DNA of 64,000 nucleotides from contig CM075987.1 in assembly GCA_038087875.1 (NCBI GenBank), positions 25,732,001 to 25,796,000 on the forward strand, given 5' to 3'. Of this stretch, positions 1-12,018 are shown piece after piece. The notes under the pieces are model-generated. The model saw only the letters and a list, made by a program, of their open reading frames with translations, searched no databases and had not been told where the DNA came from. Made by a program: the position numbers and the translations under genes. This stretch comes from Malacoraja senta. Lineage: Eukaryota. The stretch's first letter is position 1. Each line of letters begins with the position of its first letter.

Positions 1-324
1 TAAGGTGCATAGGTGAGGAAAGCTAGAATAGTCCCCTAGGCTAAATGGAATAGCCACATTCGCCATTACATGGCCCAAGTGGGAAGAATAGACCAGGTAG
101 AAAGATACTTTTTCTCCTAATAACAGACTGTTAACGGAAGATTATAAATTTAAAGCGAGTGGCACGGATAAAATGAGGAGAAATTATTTAATGCGGAGAG
201 ATTTTAAGATATGGAATACAGAAAGATGGCAAAACCAGATTCCATTCAGACGACAATTGGAAAGGCCTGTAGTGGAACTAATTTGCAGTGCTTCAGGAAG
301 AAATCCCCAATATGTGACCCTCTT

Positions 325-575
325 TGGTCAGAGGGTGGTGAATCTGTGGAGTTCATTGCCACATAATTCACTGTCACAGATGGCTGTGGAGGCCAAGTCT
401 GGATATTTTTAATGCAGAGATACATAGATTCTTGATTAGTACGGGTGTCAGGGGATATGGGGAGAAGGCAGGAGAATGGGGTTAGGAGAGAGAGATCAAC
501 CATCTCTGAATGGCGGAGTAGACTTGATGGGCCGAATGGCCTAATTCTGCTCCTATCACTTATGACCTTATGAAT
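325..575 (+). mobile_element. CR1 LINE 3' end fragment
   Basis: QRVVNLW-coding segment, then the CR1 3' UTR motif gggccgaatggccta...ctgctcctat and a short repeat tail; same motif as the full-length copy at 18425-23833. Confidence 0.8.
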
Positions 576-967
576 GTGGATGGTCATGGGCCAAATGTCC
601 ACAGGTAGATGGACGAAATATCCAGTGACTAAGAGGCTGAGAGGTGACCTTATTCTGGTGTGGATCATGAGGAACATGGATAAATTGAACACTCATAGTC
701 TTTTTCCAGGAGTAAAGTACTCATGAATAAAGTAATAGAGAATATTGATTAAAGGCATGTAGTAAATGAAACAGCTCTGTAATAGTGATGACATGGATCA
801 AATGGACTCCCTATGTGCTGTACATATGCTGATAAAAGATGGGACTTTTTACACCCAGTTTCACTCGTCAGTGAGGCTCAAAGGGGGCTCAATTTTCAGT
901 GTATATAAATTTAGTGCTCCTTTAGAAACTAAGTGACATTATTTTATAATCATTATTATACTGGACA

Positions 968-1155
968 GTCTGTCTGTACAGAGTTTGTACCTTCTCCCCG
1001 TGACCTGCGTGGGTTTTCTCCAAGATCTTCAGTTTCCTCCTACATTCTAAAGACTTGCAGTTCTGTAGGTGAATTGGTTTCAATAAGTTGTAAAATTGTC
1101 CTTAGTGTGTGTAGGTTAGTGTACAGGGTGATTGATGGTCGGCGCAGACTCGGCA
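968..1155 (+). mobile_element. tRNA-derived V-SINE (HE1-like), partial
   Basis: Central domain gagtttgtaccttctccccgtgacctgcgtgggttttctcc shared with about 25 copies in the window. Confidence 0.8.
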
Positions 1156-1182
1156 AACACACACACAGACACACACACACAC

Positions 1183-1241
<59 letters not shown>

Positions 1242-1292
1242 CACACACACACACGCGCACGCACACGCACACGCACACGCACACGCACACGC

Positions 1293-1350
<58 letters not shown>

Positions 1351-1450
1351 ACACGCACACACATACACACGCACACGCACAAATACACACACACACACAC
1401 ACACACACATACACACACACACACATACACACGCACACACGCACACACAC

Positions 1451-1492
<42 letters not shown>

Positions 1493-1526
1493 ACACGCAC
1501 ACACATACACACGCACACGCACAAAT

Positions 1527-1558
<32 letters not shown>

Positions 1559-1605
1559 ACACACACACACATACACACGCACACACGCACACACACACAC
1601 GCACT

Positions 1606-1659
<54 letters not shown>

Positions 1660-1854
1660 TGCACACACACACACACACACATACACATGCACATACACAC
1701 ATACACACGCATGCACACACACGCACACACACACACACACACACATACACACACACACACGCACGCACACACACATGCACACACGTGCACACACACACAC
1801 ACACACGCACATGCACATGCACACGCACACGCACACATACACACGCATGCACAC

Positions 1855-1885
<31 letters not shown>

Positions 1886-1978
1886 TGCACACATGTACAC
1901 ACACCCACGCACACACACGCACACACACACGCACACAAATGCACACACACACACACATACACACGCACACGCACACGC

Positions 1979-2062
<84 letters not shown>
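1156..2062. repeat. Compound (CA)n microsatellite, about 900 bp, with CG/TA/TG variants
   Basis: Direct reading; internal 142-bp duplication (acaaac at 1341 and 1483, aaatac at 1381 and 1523). Confidence 0.98.
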
Positions 2063-2066
<4 letters not shown>

Positions 2067-2297
2067 ACATTTAAGGCATGCTTACAGTGAACTCTTTATC
2101 TTATCTCCTTTATTTAACAGCTGATTTATGACATTAATTAACAAGACCATGCATACCTTTATGGGCAAGTTAAATAATGACTGATTTCTGAGATATTTAA
2201 CCATTTTATTTGGAGAGAAAAATGCTGCATGGAAATTTTCTTTCTCTCAGCTCGCGATAATTGGAAAGTAATTTCTAAACCGAAAATTCAGCGGTGG

Positions 2298-2980
2298 GCT
2301 GCACTGTGGCGCAGCGGTAGAGTTGCTGCCTTACAGCGTTTGCAGCGCCAGAGACCCGGGTTCAATCCTGACTACGGGTGCTGTCTGTACAGAGTTTGTA
2401 CGTTCTCCCCGTGACCTGCATGGGTTTTCTCCGAGATCTACGGTTTCCTCCCACACTCCAAAGACGTCCAGGTTTGTAGTTTAAAGGGCCTGTCCCACTT
2501 ACGCCACTTTTCCGTCGACTGCCGGCACCCGTCATAGGTCGTTAAAGGTCGCCGAAAATGTTAAACATGTTGAAAATCCAGCAGCGACCAGAAAAAGGTA
2601 CGACTCTTTGGGCGACTACTCACGACCAAACAGGCTTCACCCTGCGACATGTCACCAGGGTGTCGCCTGTATGGTCGTGAGTCGTCTCCTCAGTCGCCCA
2701 AAGAGTCGTAGCGTCTTTCTGGTCACCGCTGGATTTTCAACATGTTGAGAATTTTCGCCAACCTGTAACGACCTATGACGGGTGCCGGCAGTCACCGAAA
2801 AAGTCACATAAGTGGGACAGGCCCATTAATTGTCTTGGTGTAAGTGTAAATTGTCCCTAGTGCGTATAGGATAGTGTTAGTGTGCGGGGATCGTTGGTCG
2901 GTGTGGACTCGGTGGGCCGATGGGACTGTTTCTGCGCCGTGTCTCCGAACCAAACAGAACTGAACTGAACTAAACTAAAA
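2298..2980 (+). mobile_element. V-SINE (HE1-like), full length, interrupted by a MITE
   Basis: A box tggcgcagcgg, B box gggttcaatcc, V-domain, CR1-derived tail and (ACTAA)n end. Confidence 0.88.
2485..2825. mobile_element. PIF/Harbinger-type MITE, family A (near-palindromic, about 340 bp)
   Basis: TIR agggcctgtcccactta / taagtgggacaggccca; TAA/TTA flanks; the SINE is split at ggttaattgg. Confidence 0.85.
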
Positions 2981-3515
2981 CAAGCCTATGTTGTTTTCCT
3001 GGCATCTGCAAATGTGCAGATGATGGATAATCCTCAATACTTCCTGTAGAAGATCTCATTTCATTCAATACCAGGCCATTTACACTGCTCCACTGGTGCA
3101 TGTTAGCAGATGCCAATAAGAAACGATTCAGCAGAGATTTTCCCTGTCACGCAGCTTCAGCCAACTGTACCACATCGTCAGGAAAACTAAACCAGAAAGG
3201 CATCTGGAAAATGTTGACACCAACTTTGTCATCATCAGATAGATAAGGGAGCACAACTTTTCAATATGTTATCATAGCCTCTGCATTTTTTATTTTCATT
3301 CTTGTAACTTGAGACACTTCCGTTTAATTTCGCATTGAATTTTCTGTAAGAGCTCAGCAAAAAAAATTACATCCTATTGCATTTTAAATTGCAATGACGC
3401 ATTTATTAACAGGACCCAAAATAATCAGTCCAACATAGAACAAGGAGTCAAAGGGAGAGACGGCATGGAAACAGATCCTCGTCCTACTGGGTTTGTGTTG
3501 AACCTCAAACACGCG

Positions 3516-3800
3516 AGCGGCACGGTGGCGCAGCGGTAGAGTTGCTGCCTCACAGCGCCAGAGACATGAGTTCGATCCTGACTGCGGGTGCTGTCTGAGC
3601 AGAGTTCGTACATTCTCCCTGTGACCTGCGTGGGTTTTCTCCGGGATCTCCGGTTTCCTCCCACACTTCAAAGACGTACAGGTTTGTTAAAGTTGTAAAT
3701 TGTCCCTAGTGTGTGTAGAATATTGTTAGTGTGGGGGGATCGCTGGTCGGCGAGGACCCGGTGGGCCGAAGGGCCTGTTTTCATGCTGTATCTATAAGCA
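3516..3800 (+). mobile_element. V-SINE (HE1-like)
   Basis: ggcacggtggcgcagcggtagagttgctgcc head, B box, V-domain, gggccgaagggcctgttt tail. Confidence 0.88.
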
Positions 3801-3872
3801 AAATAAGAAAAGGATAAATAGCTATGATTCAAATTTACACATGTGAACGGGATTTCCCCAACCCTCTGCTGA

Positions 3873-4003
3873 TGTGTAGGTAGGAACTGTAGAAGCTGGT
3901 TGAAACTGAAGATAGACACAAAATGCTGGAGTAACTCATTGGGGCAGGCAGCATCTTCGGAGTGATGGAATGGGTGACGTTACAGGTCGAGACCCTTCTT
4001 CAG
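3873..4003 (-). mobile_element. Penelope-like 3' module with hammerhead-like motif
   Basis: Reverse complement reads ctgaagaagggtctcgacctgtaacgtcacc...gagttactccagc, matching the 3' UTR of the GIY-YIG element at 53193-54603. Confidence 0.75.
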
Positions 4004-4386
4004 ATGGAGGGAGTGCAGCGTAGGTACACAAGGTTAATTCCCGGGATGGTGGGACTGTCATATGCTGAGAGAATGGAGCGACTGGGCTTGTATACTCTGG
4101 AATGTAGGATGAGGGGGGATCTTATTGAAACATATAAGATTGTTAAGGGTTTGGACACGCTAGAGGCAGGAAACATGTTCCCGATGTTGGGGTGTCCAGA
4201 ACCAGGGGCCACAGTTTAAGAATAAGGGGTAAGCCATTTAGAACGGAGATGAGGAAACACTTTTTCACACAGAGAGTGGTGAGTCTGTGGAATTCTCTTC
4301 CCCAGGGGGTGGTGGAGGCAGGTTCTCTGGATGCTTTCAAGAGAAAGCTAGACAGGGCTCTTGAAGATAGCAGAGTCAGGGGATAT

Positions 4387-5876
4387 AGAAACATAGAAAC
4401 ATAGAAAAGAAGTGCAGGAGTAGGCCATTCGGCCCTTTGAGCCTGCACCGCCATTCAATATGATCATGGCTGATCATCCAACTCAGTATCCTGTACCTGC
4501 CTTCTCTCCATACCCCCTGATCCCTTTAGCCACAAGTGCCACATCTAACTCCCTCTTAAATATAGCCAATGAACTGGCCTCAACTACCTTCTGTGGCAGA
4601 GAATTCCATAGATTCACCACTCTCTGTGTGAAAAATGATTTTCTCATCTCGGTCCTTATCCTTAAACTGTGACCCCTTGTTCTGGACTTCCCCAACATCG
4701 GGAACAATCTTCCTGCATCTAGCCTGTCCAACCCCTTAAGAATCTTTTCTATAAGATCCCCCCTCAATCTTCTAAATTCTAGCGAGTACAAGTCGAGTCT
4801 ATCCAGTCTTTCTTCATATTAAAGTCCTGCCATCCCAGGAATCAGTCTGGTGAACCTTCTCTGTACTCCCTCTATGGCAAGAATATCTTTCCTCAGATTC
4901 GGTGACGAAAACTGTACGCAATACTCCAGGTGTGGTCTCACCAAGACCCTGTACAACTGCAGTAGAACCTCCCTGCTTGGTTCTTGGTTCTTGGTCCTCC
5001 AAATGGAATTTAAACTGGAGGTGGTGGAGGGAGGACTTAAGCCAGAAAGGGTTTTTGGGAAGAAAGAGCTACCTTAAATATAGTTGCATCTGGTTGGGTA
5101 ACTAAAGTAGGGTGGAGATTATTCCATGCTTTAATTGTGCGGGGGAAGAATGAATTGCTGTACACATCTGTCTTGGTAGCTGGAATCACAAATTGGATCG
5201 AATGCCCTCGTCTGCTCCTAATTGGTTTGGGTTTGGTGTAGGTCTTGTAATCTATGTCGAGCTGACCATTTAACATTTTGTAAAAACAGGTCAAACGGTG
5301 AGCTTCACGTCTGTCTTGGAGAGGGTTCCACCCCAGAGAATTCAGAAGTTTGGTAACACTCGCTTCTCTCTCATAGGTGTTAGTAACAAATCGAGCTGCC
5401 TGTCTTTGGACACGTTCGATGGAAGAAATGTTTTTATTTGTGTATGGGTCCCATGCTGCAACTGCGTAGTCCAAATGAGGTCTAACGAGGGTGAAATATA
5501 GCTTCTCCTTGACAGCTCTTATACTCAAATCCTTTTGCTATGAATGCTAACATACCATTCGCTTTCTTCACTGCCTGCTGCACCTGCATGCCTACTTTCA
5601 ATGACTGGTGTACCATGACACCCAGATCTCGTTGCATCTCCCCTTTTCCTAATCGGCCACCATTCAGATAATAGTCTACTTTCCTGTTTTTGCCACCAAA
5701 GTGGATAAGCTCACATTTATCCACATTATACTGCATCTGCCATGCCTTTGCCCACTCACCCAGCCTATCCAAGTCACCTTGCAGCCTCCTAGCATCCTCC
5801 TCACAGCTAACACTGCCCCCCAGCTTCGTGTCATCCGCAAACTTGGAGATGTTGCATTCAATTCCCTCATCCAGAT
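4387..5876 (-). mobile_element. CR1 LINE 3' fragment (RT C-terminus), itself interrupted
   Basis: ORFs 5482..5772 and 4483..4791 closely match the CR1 ORF2 C-terminus; (ATAGAAAC)n tail on the plus strand. Confidence 0.9.
4978..5514 (-). mobile_element. L2-group (Daphne/Kiri-like) LINE 3' fragment
   Basis: VRPHLDYAVAAWDPY...IERVQRQAARFV...SFFPRTIKAWNNL C-terminus; (CCAAGAA)n tail; inserted at gct in the CR1. Confidence 0.75.
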
Positions 5877-6606
5877 ATGAGGAGAAGGCAGGAACGGGGC
5901 ACTGATTGTGGATGATCAGCGATGATCACATTGAAGAGCCGAATGGCCTACTCCTGCCCCTATTGTCTATTGTCTATTTTCACCCATTCCTTCTCACCGG
6001 AGTTGCTGCCTGTCTCGCTGAGTCAACCCTCTGCTGATGTTCAGTATCAAAAGATATCCCAAGGAGATTCAATAAGATCAGGTCACTTTTTACATTGTGC
6101 TTGCAACATAATTTATTTTAGTTTAGTTTAGAGAGACGGCCCTTCGGCCCACTGTACCGGCAATAGAATTTCCAGGTTCCCTAGGAATGGAGAATTTCAA
6201 CGTTTCCCAGCCCTTTAGTGAAGAAACTTCTTTCCCCCTGTCATGAATAGTGTCTGTATCGCTGCCCTGGCCTCAGTTAGAGTAAACATCCCTGCATCTG
6301 GCAGGTTAAGTCCCGTAAGTATTTTCTATGTTTCAGTAAGCTTGATTTTCACGCTTTACAGAATACAGTTCCAGCCTATTCAATTTCTCCTCATGGCAGA
6401 TGGGATCAGTTTAATTTGGCATTGTGATCTGCACAGACATCATGGGCCCATGGACCTGTACTTGTGCTAAACTGTTCTACATTCTTTATGGCCAACCTGT
6501 CATCCCTGGAACTGAACTAGTGGTTCACTCTATCGGCATGAACATCCTCTCATTGTAAAGAGATCAAAGCTGTACACAACACTCCGAGTGCAATCTCAAC
6601 CCATTC

Positions 6607-7400
6607 AGTTTTAGTTTAGTTTAGTTTAGTTTAGATTAGAGATGCAGCGCGGAAACAGGCCCTTCGGCCCACCAAGTCCGCACTGGCCAGCAATCCCCGT
6701 GCATTAACACCGCCCTCCATACACTACGTACACAATTTTACATTCATACCAAGCCAATTAAAGGGGCTGTCCCACTGTGGCGACCTAATCCACGAGTTCA
6801 GAAGAGTTTGCCCTCGACTCATACTCGCAGCATAGGCGACACAGGGTCCTAGGAGGTCTTTGTAACTCTCCTTCATGCTCGACAGTAGTCCCGCGTACTC
6901 GAGGGCTCAGCTAGGCCGCGGTGTATTTTTCAACATGTTGAAAAATGCCCGCGAGTGAAAAAAGGTCGCCATGGAAAAAATCGATATTTTTTTAACTCGT
7001 AGGTTTAGTCGAAGTAGGTCGTAGTTGGCCGGCATGTTTGTCGTACATAATCGAGGGTAGTCGAAGGTAGTCGTAGATTGTCTTCATCATAGTCGAAGGG
7101 AGGTTGAAGGAGATCGAAGGAGATCGAAGGAGGTCTTCTTCACTCTCCACTATTCGGTGTCCATTTTTCCCGAAGCTAGTCGTACTAGTCATAGCTAGTC
7201 GAAGCTGGTCTTCTACATAGTCGAAGGAGGTCTTCAACATGACACTTTTTCAAACTCTCCTAAACTCTTCTAAACTCGCCAATTAGGTCGCCGCGGTCGG
7301 ACAGCCACTTCACCGACAAACCTGTATGTCTTTGAGTGTGGGAGGAGACCGAAGACCTAGGAGAAAACCCACGCAGGTCACGGGGAGAACGTACAAACAA
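6607..7400 (-). mobile_element. V-SINE (HE1-like), interrupted by a MITE
   Basis: (TTTAG)n tail, aaacaggcccttcggccc, and V-domain on the reverse strand. Confidence 0.82.
6762..7309. mobile_element. PIF/Harbinger-type MITE, family B
   Basis: Ends aggggctgtcccactgtggcgacctaat / attaggtcgccgcggtcggacagccact; TAA/TCA flanks; internal cgaagg/cgtag repeats; sister copy at 43208-43646. Confidence 0.82.
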
Positions 7401-8412
7401 TTACAATATTCCTTACTTGTATTTCTCATTGTTCTTATAAGAAAGTTTAAATGTACTTGTCCTCTTGATACTTTATATTACTTGCATGTTAGTCCTCAGT
7501 AACCTTTGTAACCACGCACCTCGATTATTTTAATCTTCAACTCTACCCAATTTGCCTTCAGATAACAATATATTCTGTTCTCTGTTATCTCAACCAAAGT
7601 AGTAATTTCTCACTTTTCAATACCACATGCCTATACCCTCATCCTTGCGCACTTGGATTAATTCAGCATCTCTGGAGAAATGGACGATCTGAAGAAAGGT
7701 TCCAACTCAAAGCATCACTCATCATTTTCCCCCAGAAATGCTGCCTGATCCGCTGAGTTACTCCAGCACTTTGTGTCTTTTCCTGCGGTGAGTCCCACTA
7801 ATGTTTTTACCTTTGCAAGCACTTAGTTACGTAGCATCTAATTTGATCTTTTTAAAAATAAATTCCCATAACTTGGCCCATTTACTGTTGGACTTTAGCA
7901 TTTGTTGTCCATCTATTTAATTTACAATTACTCTCAGTTCCCTTTCCTGCTTCCTTAATCCCCGTTGCTCGTAAGTTGACATTTAACTGATGTGGTATGA
8001 AAATGGAAATCTTTGTTCAAAGTTAAAAATTGGAAAATGCAATCCGCGATGGTCTTGTTTATGCGAATTTATCAAAGTCATCTAATCTGTCACCATATGT
8101 TGAATAAATTCTCTCATCATCATAACTCACTTAAGTCCTATCGTTTTCGTCAAGATTGATAGGATGCAAGTCTCATCTGCCAGCAGCAATATATGAATTA
8201 GTACAAGCAGCCATAATCTAGTTCCTCGGGGAAATGGATCAGTTCAAAACTAGTCAAAATTCAAGATAACTGGTAAGGAAAGTATTTGACATATTTTGAT
8301 GGGTTATTAATCTTTATTTGACATATTGTTCAGAACTGGTTTTGAATGCAGGAGTAAAGAGGTCTTACTGAAAATTACATAGGACCATGGTGAGGCTGTG
8401 ATGAGAATACTG

Positions 8413-8815
8413 TAGATAGACACAAAACGCTGGAGTAACTCAGCGGGACAGACAGCATCTCTGGAGAGAAGGAATGGGTGACGTTTCCGGTCGAGACCCT
8501 TCATCAGACTGAAGACTGGAGTGCGAAGAAATGTCTCAACCCGAAACGCCACCCATTCCTTCTCTCTCCAGAGATGCTGCCTGTCCTGCTGAGTTACTCC
8601 AGCGTTTTGTGCATATCTTCCAGCATCTGCAGTTCAAAGGTTCAAAGGTCAGTTTATTGTCACGTGTACCAATTAAGGCACAGTGAAACTCAAATTACCG
8701 TACAACCATACTAAATAAAAGCAACCAGACACACAACAACATAAAAGTTAACATATTCCTCACTGTGATGGAAGGCAATAAAGCCCAATCTTCGTCCTCA
8801 GTTCCTCCCGACACG
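8413..8815. mobile_element. Head-to-head twin Penelope 3' modules (with a secondary insert), inside an old CR1 relic
   Basis: Inverted arms about 8416-8510 and 8520-8630; 11-bp TSD tgagaatactg at 8402-8412 and 8816-8826. Confidence 0.75.
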
Positions 8816-9202
8816 TGAGAATACTGGACACAGTTCTGGATTTTATACCTACTGTAAAACACGTGAATTTACCTCAATAAAAGTATATAGTGATCATAGC
8901 AGGAGTGCAGTGAATCATCACTGGATTAAATACTGGAACGGTGGATTTCATGCATAAAGATGTTAATTCTGGCCAAATTGGAGATGCCAGGACTCTAAAA
9001 TTGAGTAAAGGCTTCTGAGCTGCTAGGCCATTTGGTCAATTTAAATGTGCTTTCTGCAGAAATGGGACAAGCTGCAGAATGGTGCCAGCTTGTCTAGAGC
9101 CCAGATAAGAGTTGCAGGGAAAGAATGGGACATCTGCAGATTCTTACAATTAGGTGTAAATTGCATGAAACGGATTGGGTGAATGCAACCAGACATACAC
9201 AT

Positions 9203-9726
9203 TGTAAATATTTTTGCAAAGCTTTACTTTGCTAGATGTTGATTGGGATAAGCGTTGAGCCTTGGCTGGGTTTCCTGAATATCCAGGCACATGTTGCATA
9301 TTTCATCTTTGTTAACTTGTATCTAGAAACTTCGTCAGATACATTGTATTAGTCACTGTATTATTGGGTTAGGGAAATGTCTATCATGCACTGTGTTAAT
9401 CGATATATGTGATTGGACTGTATAGAGACCACCCCCATGTAGTTCGGCCCTCAAGGTTCGGGGAACTATAAAAGGCCACTCCCACGAGGTCCTGTATCGA
9501 TCTTCTGGTAGAACGCTTGGGACTGCGTAACCTTTTGGAGTGTCTCTGCTTGCATGAGGCTAGGAGGGCTTGGACAAGCAGATACAAGGATCAGAACCCG
9601 CGGTGGTCAGGGATAGTAGAACTGTTATTGTGCTTTCCAAAATAAAGTTTCGTTGCACAAGTGCTTGATTCAGTATTTCATTGACTGAAACTAGACTGGG
9701 GAAAGCTTAGAAACGAGCTATTTACA
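9203..9726 (+). mobile_element. Possible solo LTR
   Basis: TG...CA ends with 8-bp inverted termini tgtaaata/tatttaca; tataaaa near 9467; aataaa near 9641; no matching TSD. Confidence 0.5.
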
Positions 9727-9750
9727 AAGTGATAGTGAATAAACTAAAGT

Positions 9751-10312
9751 GTGGCACGGTGGCCAGCCGTGGCCAGAGTTGCTGCCTTACAGCACCAGAG
9801 ACCCAGGTTCGATCCCGACCACAGCTGCTATTTGTGCAGGGTTTGTACGTTCTCCCCTTGACCTGCGTGGGTTTTCTCCCAGATCTTCAGTTCCTCCCAC
9901 ACTCCAAAGACGTGCAGGTTTGTAGGTTAATTGGCTTCGGTAAAAAATTGTCAATTGTCCTCTGTGTAGTGTAATGGGCCTGTCCCTCTTGCAGGACCTT
10001 TTCAGGTCATTGAAGGTCGCCGAAAATGTTCAACATGTTGAAAGTCCAGCGGCGACCAGAACAAGGTACGACTCTTTGGGCGACTACTCACGACCATACA
10101 GGCTTCATTCACCCCACGACATGTCGCCAGGGTGTCGCCTGTACGGTCGTGAGTCGTCTCCTCAGTCGCCCAAAGAGTCGTAGCGTCTTTCTGGTCGCTG
10201 CTGAATTTTCTAAATTTTCGGAGACCTGTGACGGGTGCCGGCAGTCGCTGAAAAAGTCGCGTAAGTGGGACACGCCCATAATATCGCTGGTCGGTACGGT
10301 CTCGGTGGGCTG
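9751..10312 (+). mobile_element. V-SINE (HE1-like), interrupted by a MITE
   Basis: tRNA-like head, V-domain, partial tail after the MITE. Confidence 0.8.
9975..10278. mobile_element. PIF/Harbinger-type MITE, family A
   Basis: tgggcctgtccc...gggacacgccca flanked by TAA on both sides. Confidence 0.85.
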
Positions 10313-10628
10313 AAGATAAAGTCCAGTAAAGTCCGATTAAAAATTGTCCGAGGGTCTCCAGTGAGGTAGATAGTAGCTCAGGACCGCGCTCTAGTTGATG
10401 ATAGCATGATTCAATTGCCTACTTTCACTAGTAGTGCTTATTAAATGTGATGAATTATACATTTTAAACAACTTTCTTTTTTTCAAGTTATTTTGTTCTC
10501 TTGCACTATATTTGAATTGGGCAGAAAAGTCCGACACAAATTTGGACAACAAGCCTATTTGTGTAGGAACGAACAGCAAATGCTGGTTTAAATGGAAGAT
10601 ACTCCAGCTTTTTGTGTTTATCTTCAGC

Positions 10629-10909
10629 ATGGCACGGTGGCGCAGTGGTAGAGATCCTGGTTTGATCCCAACTACGGGTGCTGTCTGTACGGGTTGTACG
10701 TTCTCCCCATGACCGCATGGTTTTCTCCGAGATCTTTGTTTTCCTCTCACACTCCAAAGACGTACAGGTTTGTAGGTGAATTGGCTTGATATAAATGTAA
10801 ATTGTCCCTTGTGTGTGTAGGGTCGTGTTAGTGTGCGGGGATCGCTGGTCGGTGCGTACTCTGTGGGCCGAAGGGCCTGTTTCCGTGCTGTATCTCTAAA
10901 CTAAGCTAA
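10629..10909 (+). mobile_element. V-SINE (HE1-like)
   Basis: Head with internal deletion, V-domain, and tail ending ctaaactaagctaaa. Confidence 0.82.
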
Positions 10910-11299
10910 AAGCCCAGTCTCACTCTGCGAGTTGACCCACGAGTGACCCCGAGTGAAAGACTCGTGGTTGCGTACGAGACTCCAAGTTTATGATCAAGAG
11001 TTTAACCGAGTTCCCACGGGTATGTCTAAGTTTGCCGTTTACTTCTCATTTCTGCGATGTTCCAAGTTCGTCTCCCGAGTGTACCAAGTTCCTCTCCCGT
11101 TAATCTTGAGGCAACAATGTATACCGACGTGTTGAAAAATCATCACATGTTAAAAAAATGATGTCATGCCTTGTTTAAATTGGCTCATTTGGAAAGAATG
11201 TCTGCAAGAAGGCTATTGGAGTCCAGGATGGTGATGTTTTTTGTTCGAGTGCCGTATGCAGCAGCCCTTAATGTGATGCAAGGACGCTTGTGTAATGAA

Positions 11300-11480
11300 G
11301 GCAGAAGGGAGAGAGTAAAGAGGAAAATTAAGAAGAGGTCTCAGTGGGTGAAGCCCCTGTTTCAAAGGAGATCTCTCTTGGACAGTATGAAAAGCTGCTT
11401 AATGTGCTGTGCGAAGAGGATACATCTGCATTTAAAAATTTCATCAGAATTTCACCTGAGCTCTTTAATGAGCTGAACAA
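11300..11480 (+). pseudogene. Harbinger transposase N-terminal relic (frameshifted)
   Basis: RRERVKRKIKKRSQWVKPLFQRR joined across a frameshift to GQYEKLLNVLCEEDTSAFKNFIRISPELFNEL; matches the WV.P...RR...G.Y..L..EL..ED...F.NF.R.....F.EL motif of PIF/Harbinger transposases. Confidence 0.75.
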
Positions 11481-11689
11481 TAACAAGGTGGATGTGAAAT
11501 CTCACCTACCTGTTTCAGTGACAGGCACCCGCAGCCAGTGAATGAAGACACCCCCATCTGTCTCCCCCTCCTCCCCTCCACTCTCCACCCTCTCTCCTCC
11601 ACCCCCCCCCCCCCCAATTTGGAAATGTCATCCCATCACCCATTCCTTCTCTCCAGAGATGCTGCCTGCCCGCTGAGTTAAAGAGTTCC

Positions 11690-12004
11690 CACTTGCAGCA
11701 GCATAACAGCCAGTAAACACAATACTCATAGATAATATACTAAACAAAGAAAATATATATTAAAAAATCCAGTATTATTGCAAAAATCCCAAAGTCCTTA
11801 GTGCAACCAAGGCAGTTGGTAGTTCATAGTTTAGTTAGCATTTGTAGCGTTCAAGAGCCCGATGGTTGTTGGGAAGAAGCTGTTCTTGAACCTGGAGGTC
11901 ATGGTTTTCAGATTCTTATACCTTCTGCTCAGCAGGAATGAAATGAGAGCATGGCCAGGGTAGTGTGGGTCCATGACAATGCTGGCTGCCTTTTTGAGGC
12001 AGCC
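11690..12004 (-). mobile_element. Rex1/Babar LINE 3' fragment
   Basis: CLKKAASIVMDPHYPGH...RRYKNLKTMTSRFKNSFFPTTIGLLN C-terminal motif. Confidence 0.75.
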
Positions 12005-12018
12005 ACCTCCTATAGAAC

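Larger units (their letters stand above)
4004..5978 (+). mobile_element. CR1 LINE 3' fragment (plus), split by a nested minus-strand CR1
   Basis: EGVQRRYTRLIPG...QRVVSLWNSLP up to ggggatat at 4386; resumes gatatgaggagaaggcagg at 5874 and ends in (tattgtc)n. Confidence 0.85.

Noticed and set aside
933..2124. Long HT-rich and VC-rich ORFs (up to 385 aa), also at 35725-36398
   Set aside because: Read-through of (CA)n microsatellites, which lack stops in most frames.
2298..2375. tRNA gene-like A/B boxes (and equivalents in other copies)
   Set aside because: Heads of SINEs continuing into the V-domain and LINE tail; no proper cloverleaf or terminator.
2481..2829. TTAA TSD implying piggyBac or Kolobok for the MITEs
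   Set aside because: Other copies show 3-bp TAA/TAA (9975) and TTA/TTA (43208), and a relative carries a Harbinger transposase relic. The exact TSD length (2-3 bp) remains ambiguous in some copies.
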